64,000 nucleotides of DNA from Squalus acanthias (taxonomy: Eukaryota): the NCBI GenBank assembly GCA_030390025.1, contig CM059433.1:18106001-18170000 (forward strand). The letters are read 5' to 3'. The position numbers were made by a program, and so were the translations under genes. Shown here piece by piece: positions 62,464 to 64,000 of the stretch. Positions within the stretch are counted from its first letter, which is position 1. Each line of letters begins with the position of its first letter. The notes below the pieces were generated by a model. The model searched no databases, was not told where the DNA came from, and was given only the letters and a program-made list of their open reading frames with translations.

Positions 62464-62807
62464 CAGGAAACTCTTTGGTATCCGGGACCGGGATGGTGCC
62501 GGTTGATTAAAAATTCCGGATAACGGAGAGGTATATCTACCGAGGCTATTTGTAACAAACAAAAATAAAAAAAATCAAGAAATGTGCAGGATAAATTGGG
62601 TACTCCCCTACAGAATGTTGTGTTAAATGGATGGTGGAAGATGCTTAAGTACAGTAATGTCAGTTGAGTGTAATCCATAACTCTTTATAAGTTTTGTTTT
62701 ACTGTTAAGTAATTAAACAACTGTATACTGTAGTTTTCGGAGTATGAATTCTGCCGGTTATTAGAGAGTTCCGGATATTTAGGTGCCGTTTAAACGAGAG
62801 TTTCCTG
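62464..62807. mobile_element. Tc1/mariner (pogo/Tigger-like) MITE
   Basis: TA|CAGGAAACTCT...AGAGTTTCCTG|TA, with subterminal ccgga/ccggt repeats. Confidence 0.8.
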
Positions 62808-64000
62808 TATTTGAAAAATTGGAGAACAAAACTAGTCACAAATACAAAGTTAATTTGCATCACTTTTACAGAATTGAAAGATGGTCAATCATTTTCCCCT
62901 GGAAATTCAATAGATCAGTAATGCGGTGAACATAGGCACTGAATCTGTCAACTTTTATGATTTCTTCTCCCCATTCTTCCCACAAATGTGGCTTCCATTT
63001 GGAATGAAAATAAAAAGCCCCAGCGGCACTGTTTTCATCCCTCCCAGCAAATCTAGGTGGTTAGGTTCTGGCATGCCTCTAATAAACCCCAGGTAGACGA
63101 TGCTCCGGTTTCCCCAAAAACCTGGGCTGATTTTGGTTTCCGTTGTGCCCCACTTTTGGGTGGTAGAGGCCAGAAGGTCCATTGGAAATCAGTTGTGCCA
63201 GATTCTTGCTGGTTGTGGGCCCGGTAAAATATTTTGTTTGGGGTTGGAAGTATGAAGCTCCCACTGGTAGCAGGTGGGAGTTCCATTTACATGTGCAAAT
63301 GTGGGTGGGGAAGGGCACCATGCCATTTCCAGCCCACCAGCAAGCTGGATGCCGAGTCCCCAGCACAACCATGGAAACCTGGCAGGAAAGAGGTCTTGAG
63401 CAGACCTGTCGATGAGAGTGCATTTTAAAGGCCTACAGATTTCCCAAGCAAGTATCTTCGGGCTTTTAAAAAAAATATTTCAAGTGCCAATTTTCACTTT
63501 TTTTTTTACCCCGAGCTCCATTTATTGACATCGGAAGATTTACCGATAGGGATCTTCTAAGCTGATGGTTTTTGTAGGAAGAGGAGGAGCTGGAGAATAA
63601 TGGGCAGGTCAGGCTGCCTGAGAGACGCTTTGTGTCTTCCCGTGGCCACCTGCATCTCCACATCTACAAGAGAGAGGTAACGTACTCACCATGGCAGCCA
63701 TTGTGCTGCTGGGGGCACCTCTTCCCAGAGGACACTGTGCCAGAACACCCCCAGTGGTATCACGATGAGATGTGAATGTCTGACTGACCATTCTGAAGTG
63801 CCTAATCCCAGCCTGGCATGCTGTATATGCTACTGCATGAAAAAAGGCCTGCCAGAGCGACCAGGAGCCGACATTGCCTGTTTGATTGCACCTATTAAGA
63901 TGCCAACAACCATTTCTGCAGGCCCATGATGAGCCTACATGGTAATGGAGGGACCTGGCTTTCTTTACAGGGTGTGGGTCAGCAGAGGCTCAGATGCTTC

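Noticed and set aside
63050..64000. Start of another decayed Harbinger element
   Set aside because: Composition is suggestive, but no clear TIR or transposase motif occurs within the window.

Overview
Repeat-dense vertebrate genomic DNA, most likely from a shark or other cartilaginous fish, judged from a DeuSINE/SacSINE1-like SINE, an HE1-type V-SINE, and CR1, L2 and Penelope elements. No intact host protein-coding exon could be identified. One CpG-island promoter with a probable non-coding first exon lies at about 48.6-48.8 kb (+). Most of the window is transposable elements. There are three decayed two-gene PIF/Harbinger transposons (HARBI1-like transposase on +, spliced Myb/SANT-like partner on -), many Harbinger-type MITEs with 3-bp TSDs, CR1/L2 LINE fragments, and a Penelope element broken up over about 11 kb. 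The most unusual observations are: (i) a ~750-bp MITE family (5 copies) made of serial hairpins whose pairing is kept while the sequence changes, with repeated canonical 5' splice sites; (ii) ~130-210-bp Penelope-derived mini-elements carrying a minimal hammerhead ribozyme, with their own TSDs; (iii) two ~1.25-1.5-kb solo LTRs with 4-bp TSDs and a foamy-virus-like layout; (iv) a Harbinger derivative whose transposase is replaced by a captured Penelope hairpin. Family names come from my recall of published consensus motifs, not from database searches.
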